Below, one piece after another: positions 12,289 to 25,023 of a DNA stretch of 64,000 nucleotides. Numbering within the stretch: position 1 is the first letter of the stretch; every line of letters begins with the position of its first letter. The DNA is taken from contig JASGHJ010000002.1 of the NCBI GenBank assembly GCA_047602405.1, positions 448,001 through 512,000 on the forward strand, given 5' to 3'. The stretch is from Anaeromyxobacteraceae bacterium. Lineage in GTDB: Bacteria > Myxococcota > Myxococcia > Myxococcales > Anaeromyxobacteraceae. Position numbers and translations under genes: made by a program. The notes under the pieces are model-generated. The model had not been told where the DNA came from. It did no database searches and saw only the letters and a list, made by a program, of their open reading frames with translations.

Positions 12289-13418
12289 CAGAACCGCCCC
12301 CCGACCGCGATCATCGCGCCGCCGGGCACGGGCACCGGCACCACCGTGGCGGTGCCGTCGGCGAGCTCGCGGGCCGCCCGCGCGTCCTGGATCGCGGCGG
12401 TGGTGAGGAGCGCGCCCGCCGCCACCGCGCCGGCGCCGGCGAGCCCCCAGGACGTGTTCGCGAGCGTCGCCCGGAACCTCGTCTGGTCGCGCAGGTCGAC
12501 CGCCTGCGAGCGGCTGGTGGTGGCCTTGTAGTCCTGGTACTTCGCGTCGGCCATCCGGCCGAAGACGATCCCGCCGACGGTGCCCGCGGCGGCGAGCCCC
12601 GCGGACGCCCAGCCCCAGCTCCACAGCCGCGAGCGCGCCGACTCGCCGAGGAGCGCGAGCGGCACGAGCTGGACGTCGACGAGCGCGTCCTGGCCCGCGC
12701 GCACCGTCACGGTCTGCGAGGCGCGCACGAAGCCCTTCTTCTGGATGACCACGCTGTGCGGCCCCTCGAGGAGCCGCGCCGCCTGCACCGGCGAGTCGCC
12801 GAGGGCCTTGCCGTCGAGCGTGACGGCCGCGCCCGGGCGGTCGACCCGGATGCGGAGCGTGCCGGTGGTGTCGAGCTTCTGGCCGGTGACCGCCTCGTGC
12901 GCGAGCCGCCGGGCCGCGTCGGCGAGCTCGGCCTCGGTGGGGTCGACGAGCGTCGTGGTGGCGCGGGCGAGGGAGCGACCCTCCTTGACGTCCACGTACT
13001 TCACCGATAGGAGCGCGGTGCGGTCGAGGAGCGTGAGCGAGCCCGCGAGCACCCGGTTGGCCTCGGTGGCGCCGGTGAGCCTGGAGAGGCAGGCCACCTC
13101 GTCGCCGCAGCCGAGCATCTGCTTCATCCGGTCGAGGCCGAGGGCGGCGACGATCTCCGACTGCGAGAGGACCGCCGCGTCCGGCGCGGCCTGCGCACCC
13201 TGCGCGGCCGCGTCGGAGAGCACCCGCGCGAGGTCGGGGTGGGCGGAGCCGGCGAGCGTGAAGTCGGGCACGACGAGCCGGTTGGCCTTGACGGGCGGCT
13301 TCGGCGCCGTGACCGGCCGGGTGCCGGCCGGGGGCGGCGGGAGGGGGGGCGGCGGCAGCGGGACCGCCTGCGCGAGCGCGACGGCCGGGAGGAGCGTGGC
13401 GAGGGCGAGGGCTCTCAA
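12288..13418 (-). CDS. PEGA-domain protein
   Basis: TTG start with GGAG; signal peptide, Pro linker, GTLRIRVDRPGAAVTLDG...GPHSVVIQKKGF, C-terminal GGRF. Confidence 0.8.
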   Translation of the reverse strand: MRALALATLLPAVALAQAVPLPPPPLPPPPAGTRPVTAPKPPVKANRLVVPDFTLAGSAHPDLARVLSDAAAQGAQAAPDAAVLSQSEIVAALGLDRMKQMLGCGDEVACLSRLTGATEANRVLAGSLTLLDRTALLSVKYVDVKEGRSLARATTTLVDPTEAELADAARRLAHEAVTGQKLDTTGTLRIRVDRPGAAVTLDGKALGDSPVQAARLLEGPHSVVIQKKGFVRASQTVTVRAGQDALVDVQLVPLALLGESARSRLWSWGWASAGLAAAGTVGGIVFGRMADAKYQDYKATTSRSQAVDLRDQTRFRATLANTSWGLAGAGAVAAGALLTTAAIQDARAARELADGTATVVPVPVPGGAMIAVGGRF

Positions 13419-13428
13419 GGTGATCTCC

Positions 13429-16122
13429 CTACGGCGTGAAGATCGCGGTGACGTTGGTCGCGAGGTGGAACGGGAAGTCGTTGACGTACGGGGAGAGGGA
13501 CTCGAGGCCGTCGTTCGTCGTGGCGATCGCGCTCACGAAGGCGACGTACTCGTTGCCGGCCGTGAGGATCGACTCGGGGAGCTGCAGGTGCGTCGTCGAG
13601 TAGACGTGCCAGTACCCGACCGGCAGGAGCGCGGTCGTGCCGCCCTGGTTCACCACCTGCTCGAGGATGACCTGGTAGCGGGTCGGGGTGCCGAGGGAGG
13701 GGGCGGACCACGCGAGGAGCGGCGTCGTGCCCACGCCCGCGATCGGCTTCGACGTGTCGGTGCCGTTGATCGTCAGCGCCCGCGGCGCGCCGACCACCGG
13801 CGTCGGCGCGGCGGGCGCGGCCGCGGTGGGCCAGTGGCCGTAGGCGGAGAGCTGCGCGAGCGCGGGCACCGAGGCGCCGCTCGCCGTGAACGAGGCCTGC
13901 CAGACGTAGCGGACCCACAGCACCTCGAGCCAGCTCGAGTCGAGCGGGAAGCCGTACGTGGTGTCGACCGCGTAGTCGCCGGCGCCGGTGGGCGTCTGGG
14001 CCAGCCAGAGCGTCGCGTCGACGCCGGTGGGGCAGGGGAACGCCACGCCGTGCGGCAGGGCGTGCACGCGGACCGCCGACCGGAGCGGCGTCACGAAGGC
14101 CGGCATGTCCGCGCCGAGCCCGAGCCAGGGGCTCTCCTGGAAGGTGTACGCGAGGGGGTGCGTCGCGCCGGGGGGCCCGAGGGGGAGCACGAGCGCCGAG
14201 CCGTCGCCGATCAGGGGAGGCGTGAGCTGGGTGACGGCGACGGTGTCGCGGACCACGGTGCCGGGGGCGGTGTTGGCGACGGTCACGGTCCCGAGCTGCC
14301 ACACCCGCAGGGTGTCGCCCGCCGCGGCGTCCGGGAGGCCGGAGCCGGGGAGATCGACCCGCCAGTCGAGCGCGACGCTCCCGCCCGTCGCACCGGCCGT
14401 GAAGGCGGGCGCGAGGAAGTCGCCGTTCGTGCCGGCGCCGGCGCTGATCACGCTCAGGCGATCCGACGCCTGCCACGCCGCGAGCCCGCTCACGGTCAGG
14501 TTCACGGTGGTCGTGGCGGTCGGGAGGGCGGCGGCCTGCCGGCCGGAGACGAAGGTGACGGCCGACTTCACCGGGCTCGCGCTCTCGACGGCCCCGTAGA
14601 CGCCGCCGCCGACCCGCTCGTCGGTGACGAAGAAGTAGTTGCCGGGCGGGACGTCCGGGATGGTGAAGGCGGCCGAGGCGGCGTCGTAGGTCCCCGGGAG
14701 GAAGCGCGTCGTCCCCACCGGCACGGCGCCGACGACGACGCCGGGCGCGAGGCGCGGCGGCCCGGCGGTGGGCTGTCCGAACTCGTCCAGGTACTCCGCG
14801 ATCAGGGTCCCGGTCACGGCGGCCGGCCCGGTGGTCACCCCGCACTCGCCCGCCACCGGGAGGGAGACGCTCAGGCCGTCGAACGTGCAGGTGGAGCCGC
14901 AGGGCAGGCAGAAGCCGAACGACCGGGTGGGGCCGGGCAGCGGGACGCAGAACTGGCCGGCCGCGCAGCCGGTCCCGGTCGTCCCCCCCGGGAAGCAGGT
15001 GTTGCTGTCGACGGGGACGACGCAGAAGGGCGTGGTGGCGGGCGCGGCCGGCGGCGGCGTCCAGTTCTGGCAGAGCCCGGTGGCGCCGCAGGTGCCGTCG
15101 CCCGTCTTGCAGGACGTCTCGAGGCACGCGCAGTCGGCGTCGATCGTGCAGCCGAGCAGGGTCTGCGAGAGGGCGTCCGGGGCCACGAGGTAGATGGGGC
15201 CGGCGTCGGCCACCTCGTCCTCGATGACGACCACCTTCACGCTCGCGGCCGGCGGGTTCACGAGCGGCGCCGCGATGCTCGCCACGTCGCCGTGGCCGGG
15301 CACCGACACCACGTTCGCGGGCGGCGCCGCGAGGAAGATCTCGTGCAGCCCCTCGGGGACGAGGCGGTCCACGACGCCGTTCGCGTCCGGCGTGACCGCG
15401 CCCGCGACGCCCGAGATGGTGACGACCACCTTCGTCGGATCGACGGAGGCGCCGACCGCCTGGACCTTGAAGGTGAGGCGGCCCTGCCCGGCGGCGGGGC
15501 GCATCACGATGGCGGGGAGCTTCATCGCCTGCTGCTGCGCGCCCTCCGGCACCACGAGGTCGACCGGTCCGCCGACGAGGTCGCCGCTCCCGGTCGTCGC
15601 GGCGACGCTCAGCCGGTGCCGTCCGGTGGAGAGCACGGGGAAGGAGAAGGTGTCGTTCGAGAAGCCGGAGAGGGTCGCGGTGAGACCGGTGGTCTCGTCG
15701 ACGACCATCCCGCCCTGCACCCCGAGGGCGCCGGCGCCGGCGAGCGTCCCGGAGACCTCGGCCGAGTAGAGGAGCCGGACGTCGCCGAGCGACACGCCCT
15801 CGGGCTGCCCGTCGCTCCCGAGCGGCACCTCCACGCTCCGCTCGATCGCCCAGGTCGTGCCCTTGCGGAAGAGCAGCGTGTGGCGGCCCGCCGGCAGCGG
15901 CAGCACCACGAAGAGCCCGGTCTCGCGGGAGACCTGGGTGAGGTCGGAGTTCTTGAGGCTGACGGAGATCCCGGCCCCCGGCTCGACGCCCGCGCCGGGA
16001 TCGTACAGCACCCGGCCCCGGACCTCGCCCGCGCGCAGGGCCTCGGCGGGGTTCCGGTACTGGTAGCTGCACGCGGCGAGCGCTGCGCAGAGGAGCGCGG
16101 GAAAGAGGCGGGGGGACCTCAT
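13429..16122 (-). CDS. Large lipoprotein (beta-sandwich and Cys-rich modules, long C-terminal extension)
   Basis: Lipobox LAAC after MRSPRLFPALLCAA; N-terminal half resembles 11068-12288. Confidence 0.75.
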   Translation of the reverse strand: MRSPRLFPALLCAALAACSYQYRNPAEALRAGEVRGRVLYDPGAGVEPGAGISVSLKNSDLTQVSRETGLFVVLPLPAGRHTLLFRKGTTWAIERSVEVPLGSDGQPEGVSLGDVRLLYSAEVSGTLAGAGALGVQGGMVVDETTGLTATLSGFSNDTFSFPVLSTGRHRLSVAATTGSGDLVGGPVDLVVPEGAQQQAMKLPAIVMRPAAGQGRLTFKVQAVGASVDPTKVVVTISGVAGAVTPDANGVVDRLVPEGLHEIFLAAPPANVVSVPGHGDVASIAAPLVNPPAASVKVVVIEDEVADAGPIYLVAPDALSQTLLGCTIDADCACLETSCKTGDGTCGATGLCQNWTPPPAAPATTPFCVVPVDSNTCFPGGTTGTGCAAGQFCVPLPGPTRSFGFCLPCGSTCTFDGLSVSLPVAGECGVTTGPAAVTGTLIAEYLDEFGQPTAGPPRLAPGVVVGAVPVGTTRFLPGTYDAASAAFTIPDVPPGNYFFVTDERVGGGVYGAVESASPVKSAVTFVSGRQAAALPTATTTVNLTVSGLAAWQASDRLSVISAGAGTNGDFLAPAFTAGATGGSVALDWRVDLPGSGLPDAAAGDTLRVWQLGTVTVANTAPGTVVRDTVAVTQLTPPLIGDGSALVLPLGPPGATHPLAYTFQESPWLGLGADMPAFVTPLRSAVRVHALPHGVAFPCPTGVDATLWLAQTPTGAGDYAVDTTYGFPLDSSWLEVLWVRYVWQASFTASGASVPALAQLSAYGHWPTAAAPAAPTPVVGAPRALTINGTDTSKPIAGVGTTPLLAWSAPSLGTPTRYQVILEQVVNQGGTTALLPVGYWHVYSTTHLQLPESILTAGNEYVAFVSAIATTNDGLESLSPYVNDFPFHLATNVTAIFTP

Positions 16123-16162
16123 CGGGAGGATGGTAACAGGGGAGCGGGCGAGCGGCATGTGA

Positions 16163-17602
<1,440 letters not shown>

Positions 17603-17641
17603 GCCGGAGCCGGAGCCGGAGCCCGGTTCCGGCTCGCCATC

Positions 17642-17659
17642 TGTTGCACCAATGCAACA
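17642..17659. promoter_or_regulatory. Palindromic operator upstream of yceI
   Basis: TGTTGCA-CCAA-TGCAACA perfect inverted repeat, AT-richer than surroundings. Confidence 0.55.
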
Positions 17660-17750
17660 CTGAAGTGCTCTCCGCCATCTGGCGGAACGGCGGCAGGGCC
17701 GGCTAGATCGCTCGGGTCACGCATCGAACCCGAACCGAAAGGATCTCGCC

Positions 17751-18350
17751 ATGAAGAAGCTGCTCCTCGTCGCCGCCGCCCTCGCCCCTGCGCTCGCCTC
17801 CGCGGGCAACACCACCTGGAACGTCGACCCGACGCACTCGAAGGTCGGCTTCGCCGTGAAGCACCTCGTCATCTCGACGGTGCGCGGCGAGTTCAGGAAG
17901 TACGAGGGCAAGGTCGTCCTCGACGACGCCGACGTCACGAGGTCGACCGTCGAGGCGACCATCGACCCCTCCACGATCGACACCGGCGTCGCCGACCGCG
18001 ACGGCCACCTCCGCTCGCCGGACTTCTTCGACGTCGCGAAGTACCCGACGGTCACCTTCAAGAGCACGAAGGTCGCCGCCGCCGGGCCGGGCAAGCTCGC
18101 CGTCACGGGCGACCTCACCCTCCACGGCGTCACGAAGCCGGTCGTGCTCGACGTCGAGACGAGCCCCGAGGTGAAGGGCATGTTCGGCGAGACCCGCCGG
18201 GCCTTCGCGGCGACCACGAGGTTCGACCGCAAGGCGTTCGGCCTCACGTGGAGCAAGGTCGTGGAGGCGGGCCCGGTCGTGGCCGACGAGGTCACCATCA
18301 CGCTCGAGCTCGAGGTCGTGAAGGCGCAGCCGAAGGTGACGCAGCGGTAG
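17751..18350 (+). CDS. yceI: YceI-family polyisoprenoid-binding protein
   Basis: Signal peptide, WNVDPTHSKVGFAVKHL, RDGHLRSPDFFD, GDLTLHGVTKPV. Confidence 0.93.
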   Translation: MKKLLLVAAALAPALASAGNTTWNVDPTHSKVGFAVKHLVISTVRGEFRKYEGKVVLDDADVTRSTVEATIDPSTIDTGVADRDGHLRSPDFFDVAKYPTVTFKSTKVAAAGPGKLAVTGDLTLHGVTKPVVLDVETSPEVKGMFGETRRAFAATTRFDRKAFGLTWSKVVEAGPVVADEVTITLELEVVKAQPKVTQR

Positions 18351-18414
18351 TCGCCCGGAAGGGCGCGACCGGCGCCGCGGGGTGGGCGCCGGTCGCGCCG
18401 CGAACCCACCGTCC

Positions 18415-18455
18415 ACGAAATACGAAGGGCCGGCCCCTGGGGGAGCCGGCCCTCC
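18415..18455 (-). terminator. Intrinsic terminator after DUF4382-like gene
   Basis: AGGGCCGGC...GCCGGCCCT stem followed on the minus strand by TCGTATTT. Confidence 0.6.
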
Positions 18456-18479
18456 GGTCCGCGGAGCGCGGAGCTTCCC

Positions 18480-19382
18480 CTACAGGTTGGCTGCAGGGGT
18501 GATGGACTTGAGCGTGAAGGCGAGGCTCGCCGACTGCTCCGCCACGATGGTCACGTCGAAGGGCGTGGCGGGATTGGTCGTGATCAGGAAGCCGGTGGGA
18601 CCCTTGAAGGTGACCGTGTAGTCGCCGGCGGTGAGGAACAGGAACTTCGCGGCGAAGTCGGTGCCGTTGTCGGCGAGCGGGACGACGACGTCGGTGCCGC
18701 CGGCCTTCGGCGTCAGCACCGCGGAGAACCCGGCGAGCGTGACGCCCTCGGGCAGGGTGACGCCCTCGCCGAGCCCCAGCGTGACCGTGAGGTCGGTCGG
18801 CTTCGCCTCGTCGATGATCGTGCCCTTCACCACGGGGTGCATGACCCACGCGTCGCTCGAGCCGGCCACGTGGCCGAAGCTCTGCGCGACGTCGAAGTCG
18901 ACGAGCACGGTGGTGGTGCCCGCGCCGACGACCAGCGCGTCGCCGGGGAGGATCACCTTCAGGCCCGACTGGCCGAAGCTCGGCATGCGGAGCTCGCCGT
19001 CCACGACGGCGCCCGCCGGCAGCCCCTCGTAGTCCGGCGCCGACGCGTAGATCTTGCCGCCGACCTCGAGGTAGCCGCCGCTCATCTGGAAGCGGAGCTG
19101 GGTGTAGGTGCCGGCCGGGATCTCCTTGCCGTCGACGAGCGTGTTCACGTCGTTCGCGAGCGTGAGGAGGTCGGTGGTGACGGTCTCGTCGGAGAGGACG
19201 ACGGCGCCGCCCGCGCCCTGGAGGGAGACCTGCGTGATGGTGACGACCGCCTTGTCCACCGGGGCGGGGGCGTCCTTGAGCAGCACGGTGATGCGGCCGG
19301 CCTGCGTGGACGTCGACGTCTGGCCGCAGGCCGCGACGGCGACGGCGAGGGCGGCGGCGAGGGTGAGGCGAGACGAGCTCAT
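18480..19382 (-). CDS. DUF4382-like lipoprotein
   Basis: Lipobox VAAC, VLLKDAP, DLLTL, GTYTQLR, PSFGQSGLKV, LVDFDVAQSF, MHPVV. Confidence 0.8.
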   Translation of the reverse strand: MSSSRLTLAAALAVAVAACGQTSTSTQAGRITVLLKDAPAPVDKAVVTITQVSLQGAGGAVVLSDETVTTDLLTLANDVNTLVDGKEIPAGTYTQLRFQMSGGYLEVGGKIYASAPDYEGLPAGAVVDGELRMPSFGQSGLKVILPGDALVVGAGTTTVLVDFDVAQSFGHVAGSSDAWVMHPVVKGTIIDEAKPTDLTVTLGLGEGVTLPEGVTLAGFSAVLTPKAGGTDVVVPLADNGTDFAAKFLFLTAGDYTVTFKGPTGFLITTNPATPFDVTIVAEQSASLAFTLKSITPAANL

Positions 19383-19437
19383 GCGTGTTCCTCTCGGGTC
19401 CAGTTGACCAGCGGTGTTTCCGTTGCCGGCGATCAAG

Positions 19438-19454
19438 TGCAACGGCCGTTCCCA
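19438..19454 (-). promoter_or_regulatory. sigma54 promoter of DUF4382-like gene
   Basis: Minus strand TGGGAACGGCCGTTGCA, GG-N10-GC. Confidence 0.65.
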
Positions 19455-19728
19455 CCCGCCGCGCGGCCGCAAGTTCGTCAGTTCTCGCGGCTCCGCCGCG
19501 ATCCCTCCGCACCCCGGCCTTCGCGGGACGTACGGAACGGGACATGTGGCCGTACCTGACCGGCTCCGCGCGTCATCGCTCTGGGTGAAGGCGCACATGT
19601 GCCGCGCGGGTGCGCGCGGGCCCGCCCCGGCGGGCGGCTCGCCTAACCCCCGGGATCCGGTAGACTCCTGCCGCGACCCGTCGCTGCCGGCGGCGCGCGC
19701 GCGACCTCCAGAACGAGGGGAGGTGGGG

Positions 19729-19744
19729 CGGCACGCCGGTTGCT
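19729..19744 (+). promoter_or_regulatory. sigma54 promoter of the 19805-24894 operon
   Basis: CGGCACGCCGGTTGCT, close to the TGGCACG-N4-TTGC consensus. Confidence 0.75.
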
Positions 19745-19804
19745 CTTCGCTGTGGAAGCGCGTCGAGGCCCCGGTGCGGGACCTCGAGCGGACCACGAAA
19801 AGCC

Positions 19805-20221
19805 ATGAAGCGTCACCTCTTCCTGCTCGCCACCGCCGCCGTCCTCGCCGCCGCCTCGCCGGCGCGCGCGGACGACGCCGCGACGAAGGCCGCCCGCGAT
19901 GCCCTCGCGGATCGGGCCGGCGTCCCGGCCGCACCGCCCGCGCTCCCCAGCCGGGCGGCCGACCGCGCGGTGGAGGTGCAGGGGGAGATCGCTCACGGCA
20001 AGCAGGGCGAGGCGATGCGGGAGGCCAGCGACGCGGCAGCCGAGCATGGACGCTCGGCGGCGGCGCATGCCGACGCGGCCACGCGCGCAGCAGAGCGCGC
20101 GGCCGAGAAGGCGGCCAGCGCGGCCCAGGCCGAAGCCGGGAAGGCGGCTGGCCAGGCTCGCGCCGCGGAGGCGCGGAACAAGCAGAAGAACAAGCCTCCG
20201 AAGCCCCCTCGTGGTCCCTGA
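19805..20221 (+). CDS. Secreted Ala-rich low-complexity protein
   Basis: Signal peptide ending ARA, Ala/Glu/Arg helical body, basic Pro-rich tail. Confidence 0.75.
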   Translation: MKRHLFLLATAAVLAAASPARADDAATKAARDALADRAGVPAAPPALPSRAADRAVEVQGEIAHGKQGEAMREASDAAAEHGRSAAAHADAATRAAERAAEKAASAAQAEAGKAAGQARAAEARNKQKNKPPKPPRGP

Positions 20222-20227
20222 CGCCTG

Positions 20228-20851
20228 ATGCCCCTACTCCCCGGCTTGGCCGTGCTCATCGGGTCGTTGCTGGCGGCTGAGCCGCCCGCGGCGGACGCGC
20301 ACGTGCTGGCGGGGGCGAGGCTGTTCCGGGAGAACCGCTTCGCCGAGGCGCTCGTCGAGTTCCGGGTCGCGGAGCGGCAGGGCTCCGCCGAGGCGCGCGG
20401 CTACGTGGCCGCCTCGCTCGTGAAGCTCGGGCGTGAGGAGGAGGCGCTCGAGCTGTTCGAGGGGGGCGCGGCCCCGGCCGGCGGGCGCGACGCGCTCCTC
20501 GACTACTACCACGCGCTCGCCTGCTACGGCGCGCGCCTCTACCTGCAGGCCGACGAGCTCCTCGCACGGCTCGGGCCGCGCACCGGCCCGCGCATCGCGG
20601 AGCAGGCCGCGAAGGTCCGCGCCGACATCGCCGCGGCCATCCCGCGGGACCCGCCGAGGGACGCGATCGAGTGGTACCTGGCGCGCTCCGACGCGCACGC
20701 GGCGGCCGGGCGGGGGGCGCTCGCGCTCGCCCACGCGCGGGAGGCGCGCGCCCTCGGGCTGCGGCGGGCGGATTGCTTCGGCGTGGCCGAGGGCGAGGCG
20801 CGCCTCGGCCGCGCCATCCCGGCGAAGGCCACCACGGAGCGCCGGCCATGA
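20228..20851 (+). CDS. Secreted TPR-like protein
   Basis: Signal peptide, GARLFRENRFAEALVEF and further helical repeats. Confidence 0.7.
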   Translation: MPLLPGLAVLIGSLLAAEPPAADAHVLAGARLFRENRFAEALVEFRVAERQGSAEARGYVAASLVKLGREEEALELFEGGAAPAGGRDALLDYYHALACYGARLYLQADELLARLGPRTGPRIAEQAAKVRADIAAAIPRDPPRDAIEWYLARSDAHAAAGRGALALAHAREARALGLRRADCFGVAEGEARLGRAIPAKATTERRP

Positions 20852-22285
20852 CCGGGCTCGTCCTCGCGCTCGCGCTCGCCGTGGGCCCCGACGCGGAGCG
20901 GCCGCGGGAGGGCAGCCCCGCCTGCGCGCCGGTGGAGGCGGCCGCGAGCCCGGATCCCGGCGCGGCGGCGGACTACCGCGCGGTGGCCGAGGCGGAGGAG
21001 GCCGCCGGCCGCGCCGACACCGCCGCCGCGGCCTGGCGCGCGGCCGCGGAGCGCGACCCGGCCGATCCCCGCGCGCGCGCGGCGCTCGAGGCCCTGTGCC
21101 GCGGGCCGCAGCCGGGGCCCTTCGAGCGGGGCCTCGCCCTCGTGCGGGCCGGGAGCTGCGCGGAGGCGCTCGGCCCCCTCGAGGAGGCGCGCGCCGGCGG
21201 CGATCGCGCCGCGGCGCTGCTCGCCGGGATCTGCCACTACGAGGCCGGCGAGGACGCCGCCGCGGGGCCGCTGCTCGCCGAGGCCGCGGCCGACCCGGGC
21301 ACCCGCGCGCCGGCGCGCTTCTTCCTGGGGCTCCTCTCGCTCCGGCGCGGGCGCGGCGAGGAGGCGGCGACGCTCCTCGACGCCGCCGCGGCCGACGCCC
21401 GGCTCGCCCCGCTCGCGGCCGAGCTGTCGCGCACGGCCCGGCGGACGGGGCGGCTCGTCGCCTCGGTGGCGTTCGAGGCGGGGTGGGACTCGAACGTGGA
21501 CCTCTCGCCGGGCGGCTCGCCCATGCCCACGGGCGCCTCCGACACGAACGCGGGCCTCGCCGCCGCGCTCACCTTCGCCCCCCGCGGCGAGGAGGGCTTC
21601 TACGCGCGCGCGTCCGGCCTCCTCTCCGGACAGCGGACGCACGAGGCCTACGACGTCACCGCCGGCGCGCTCGCCGCGGGCTGGCAGGTCGGGCACGGCG
21701 GGCGGGCCGGCGTCCTCGAGCTCGGGTGGGACCACCGCCGGCTCGGCGAGGTGCCGCTCGTGTGGGTCGCGCGGGCGCTCGCCTCGGCGCGGGCCCCGCT
21801 CGGCGACCGGGCGATCGCGTCGCTCTCCTGGGAGTCCGCCCGCGACGCGTACCTCCCCACCGCGCGCTCGGACTACAGCGGCTTCCGGCACGGGCTCGAG
21901 GCCGGCGCCGCGTTCGACCTCGCCGGCGGGGCCGTGGTCTCCGCCGCGCTCCGCGCGGGCCACGACGGGGCCCGCGACCGCTCGCTCGCGATGTGGGAGC
22001 TCGGGCCGCGCGCCGCGCTGCGCCTCCCGCTCGGCCGCGCGCTGCGGGTCGGGCTCGACGCGGGCGCGACCTGGCAGCGGGCGGACGCGACCGATCCCGT
22101 GCTCGGGCAGCGCCGCGAGGACTGGCTGTTCGACGCGACGGGGGCGCTCGAGTGGGATCTCGGCGCCAGCCTGACCCTGCGCGTCTCCTGCGCGGGCCGC
22201 CGCGCGCGCTCGAACGTGGGCGAGCTCTCCTACGGCCGGATCGTCCCGGGGATTCTCGCTCGGCTGGGTGCGGGGGATCCTGTGA
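20848..22285 (+). CDS. TPR plus outer-membrane beta-barrel protein (Slam/DUF560-like); apparent frameshift near 22253
   Basis: ATGA overlap, TPRs, AGWDSNV, amphipathic strands; removing one T from GATTCTC gives ...GISLGWVRGIL-stop with TGA overlapping the kinase GTG. Confidence 0.65.
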
Positions 22286-23535
22286 GGCCCGGCGCGCCCG
22301 TCGTCGTGCCGCTCGCCGCCGCCCTGCTCGGGCTCGCGGGCTCGCTCGGCGCGACGTACGGGCTCTACCGCGCGGCGAGCGGCGCCGTGGACCGCGTGCT
22401 CGAGGAGCGGCTGCGGGGGGCCGGGGTCACCGCCGCGGAGCTGCTCGCCGACACCGCCGCCACCGGCGAGCGGCTGCGCGGCATCATGGACTCCAACCGG
22501 CTCGACGGCGCCTACGTGGTCTCCCCCGCGCTCGAGGTGGTCGCCGACGCCACCGGCCCCTCGGGCGTGAGGGCCGACCTCCTGCGCGTCGACGCCGAGC
22601 GGGTGCGCGCCGCGCTCCAGGGGCGGATCACGATGGCCCGCGCCTACGACGTGGGCCCCCTCGCCATCGAGACGGCCTACTTCCCGATCCGCGCGCCGGA
22701 CGGGGCGGTGCCGGCGGTGCTCGCGCTCGAGGCGGGCCAGGCCTTCGCGGCGGCCCGGAGCGGGCTGCGCCAGGCGCTCGCCGTCGGCGTCCTGCTCGCG
22801 TGCCTCGGGGCCGTGGCGCTGGGCGTGGTCGCGGCGCGCTTCGCCGCGGCGGAGCGGCGGGAGCGCGACGCCGCCGCGCGGGCGGCGCGGGGCGACGCGA
22901 TGTCGCGGATGGCGGCCGTGGCCGCCCACGAGATCCGCAACCCGCTCGGCATCATCCGTACCGCCGTCGAGCTCGTCCGCGAGCGCGCCGCCGCCACCCT
23001 CGAGCCGCGCAGCCGGGAGCACCTCGAGGACGTGCTCGGCGAGGTGGAGCGCCTGAGGCGCCTCACCGAGGACTTCCTCGATCTCTCCGCCGAGCGGTCG
23101 ATGGCCCTGCACCCGATCGACCTCGCCGAGGTCGTCGCGGACGCGGCCCGCGGCAGCCTGGCCCTGCACCCGGGGCTCGAGGTGCGCGAGGACCTCGCGC
23201 CGCTCCCCCGCGTGCCCGCCGACGCCCGCCGGCTCCGCCAGGTGCTCGCGAACCTGCTCGACAACGCGGCCCAGGCCGGGGCGCGCCGGGTGGAGCTCTC
23301 GGCGCGGAACGGGGCCGGGGCGGTCCAGCTCACGATCCGGGACGACGGCCGCGGCGTCCCCCCCGAGCTGCGCGAGCGGCTGTTCGAGGCCTTCGCGACG
23401 GGGCGGGAGCAGGGGACGGGCCTCGGCCTCGCGGTGTCGCGGCGGCTCGTCGAGCTGCACGGCGGATCCCTCGTGCTGCTCCCGGCCGACGGGCCGGGCG
23501 CGGCGTTTCGCATCACGTTGCCGACGGAGAGGTAG
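22282..23535 (+). CDS. Sensor histidine kinase
   Basis: Two TM helices around a periplasmic domain, AHEIRNPL, NLLDNA, DDGRG, GTGLGL. Confidence 0.9.
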   Translation: MRPGAPVVVPLAAALLGLAGSLGATYGLYRAASGAVDRVLEERLRGAGVTAAELLADTAATGERLRGIMDSNRLDGAYVVSPALEVVADATGPSGVRADLLRVDAERVRAALQGRITMARAYDVGPLAIETAYFPIRAPDGAVPAVLALEAGQAFAAARSGLRQALAVGVLLACLGAVALGVVAARFAAAERRERDAAARAARGDAMSRMAAVAAHEIRNPLGIIRTAVELVRERAAATLEPRSREHLEDVLGEVERLRRLTEDFLDLSAERSMALHPIDLAEVVADAARGSLALHPGLEVREDLAPLPRVPADARRLRQVLANLLDNAAQAGARRVELSARNGAGAVQLTIRDDGRGVPPELRERLFEAFATGREQGTGLGLAVSRRLVELHGGSLVLLPADGPGAAFRITLPTER

Positions 23536-23544
23536 GAGACCGAC

Positions 23545-24894
<1,350 letters not shown>

Positions 24895-25023
24895 AGCGCC
24901 CCGTTCCACGTGGGGGGCCGTGGGGAAGGGTGCGCCGTGGCGACGCGATGCGCGAGATCTACCCGGACGCCGCGGAGGTCGAGCCGGCGCGGCCCGCGTA
25001 GCGCCGCCCGCCGGGGCGCGCGC

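Noticed and set aside
20671..23535. 954-aa TPR-barrel-histidine kinase fusion
   Set aside because: An OM barrel fused to an inner-membrane kinase is implausible; one extra T at about 22253 explains it and restores a GTGA overlap.
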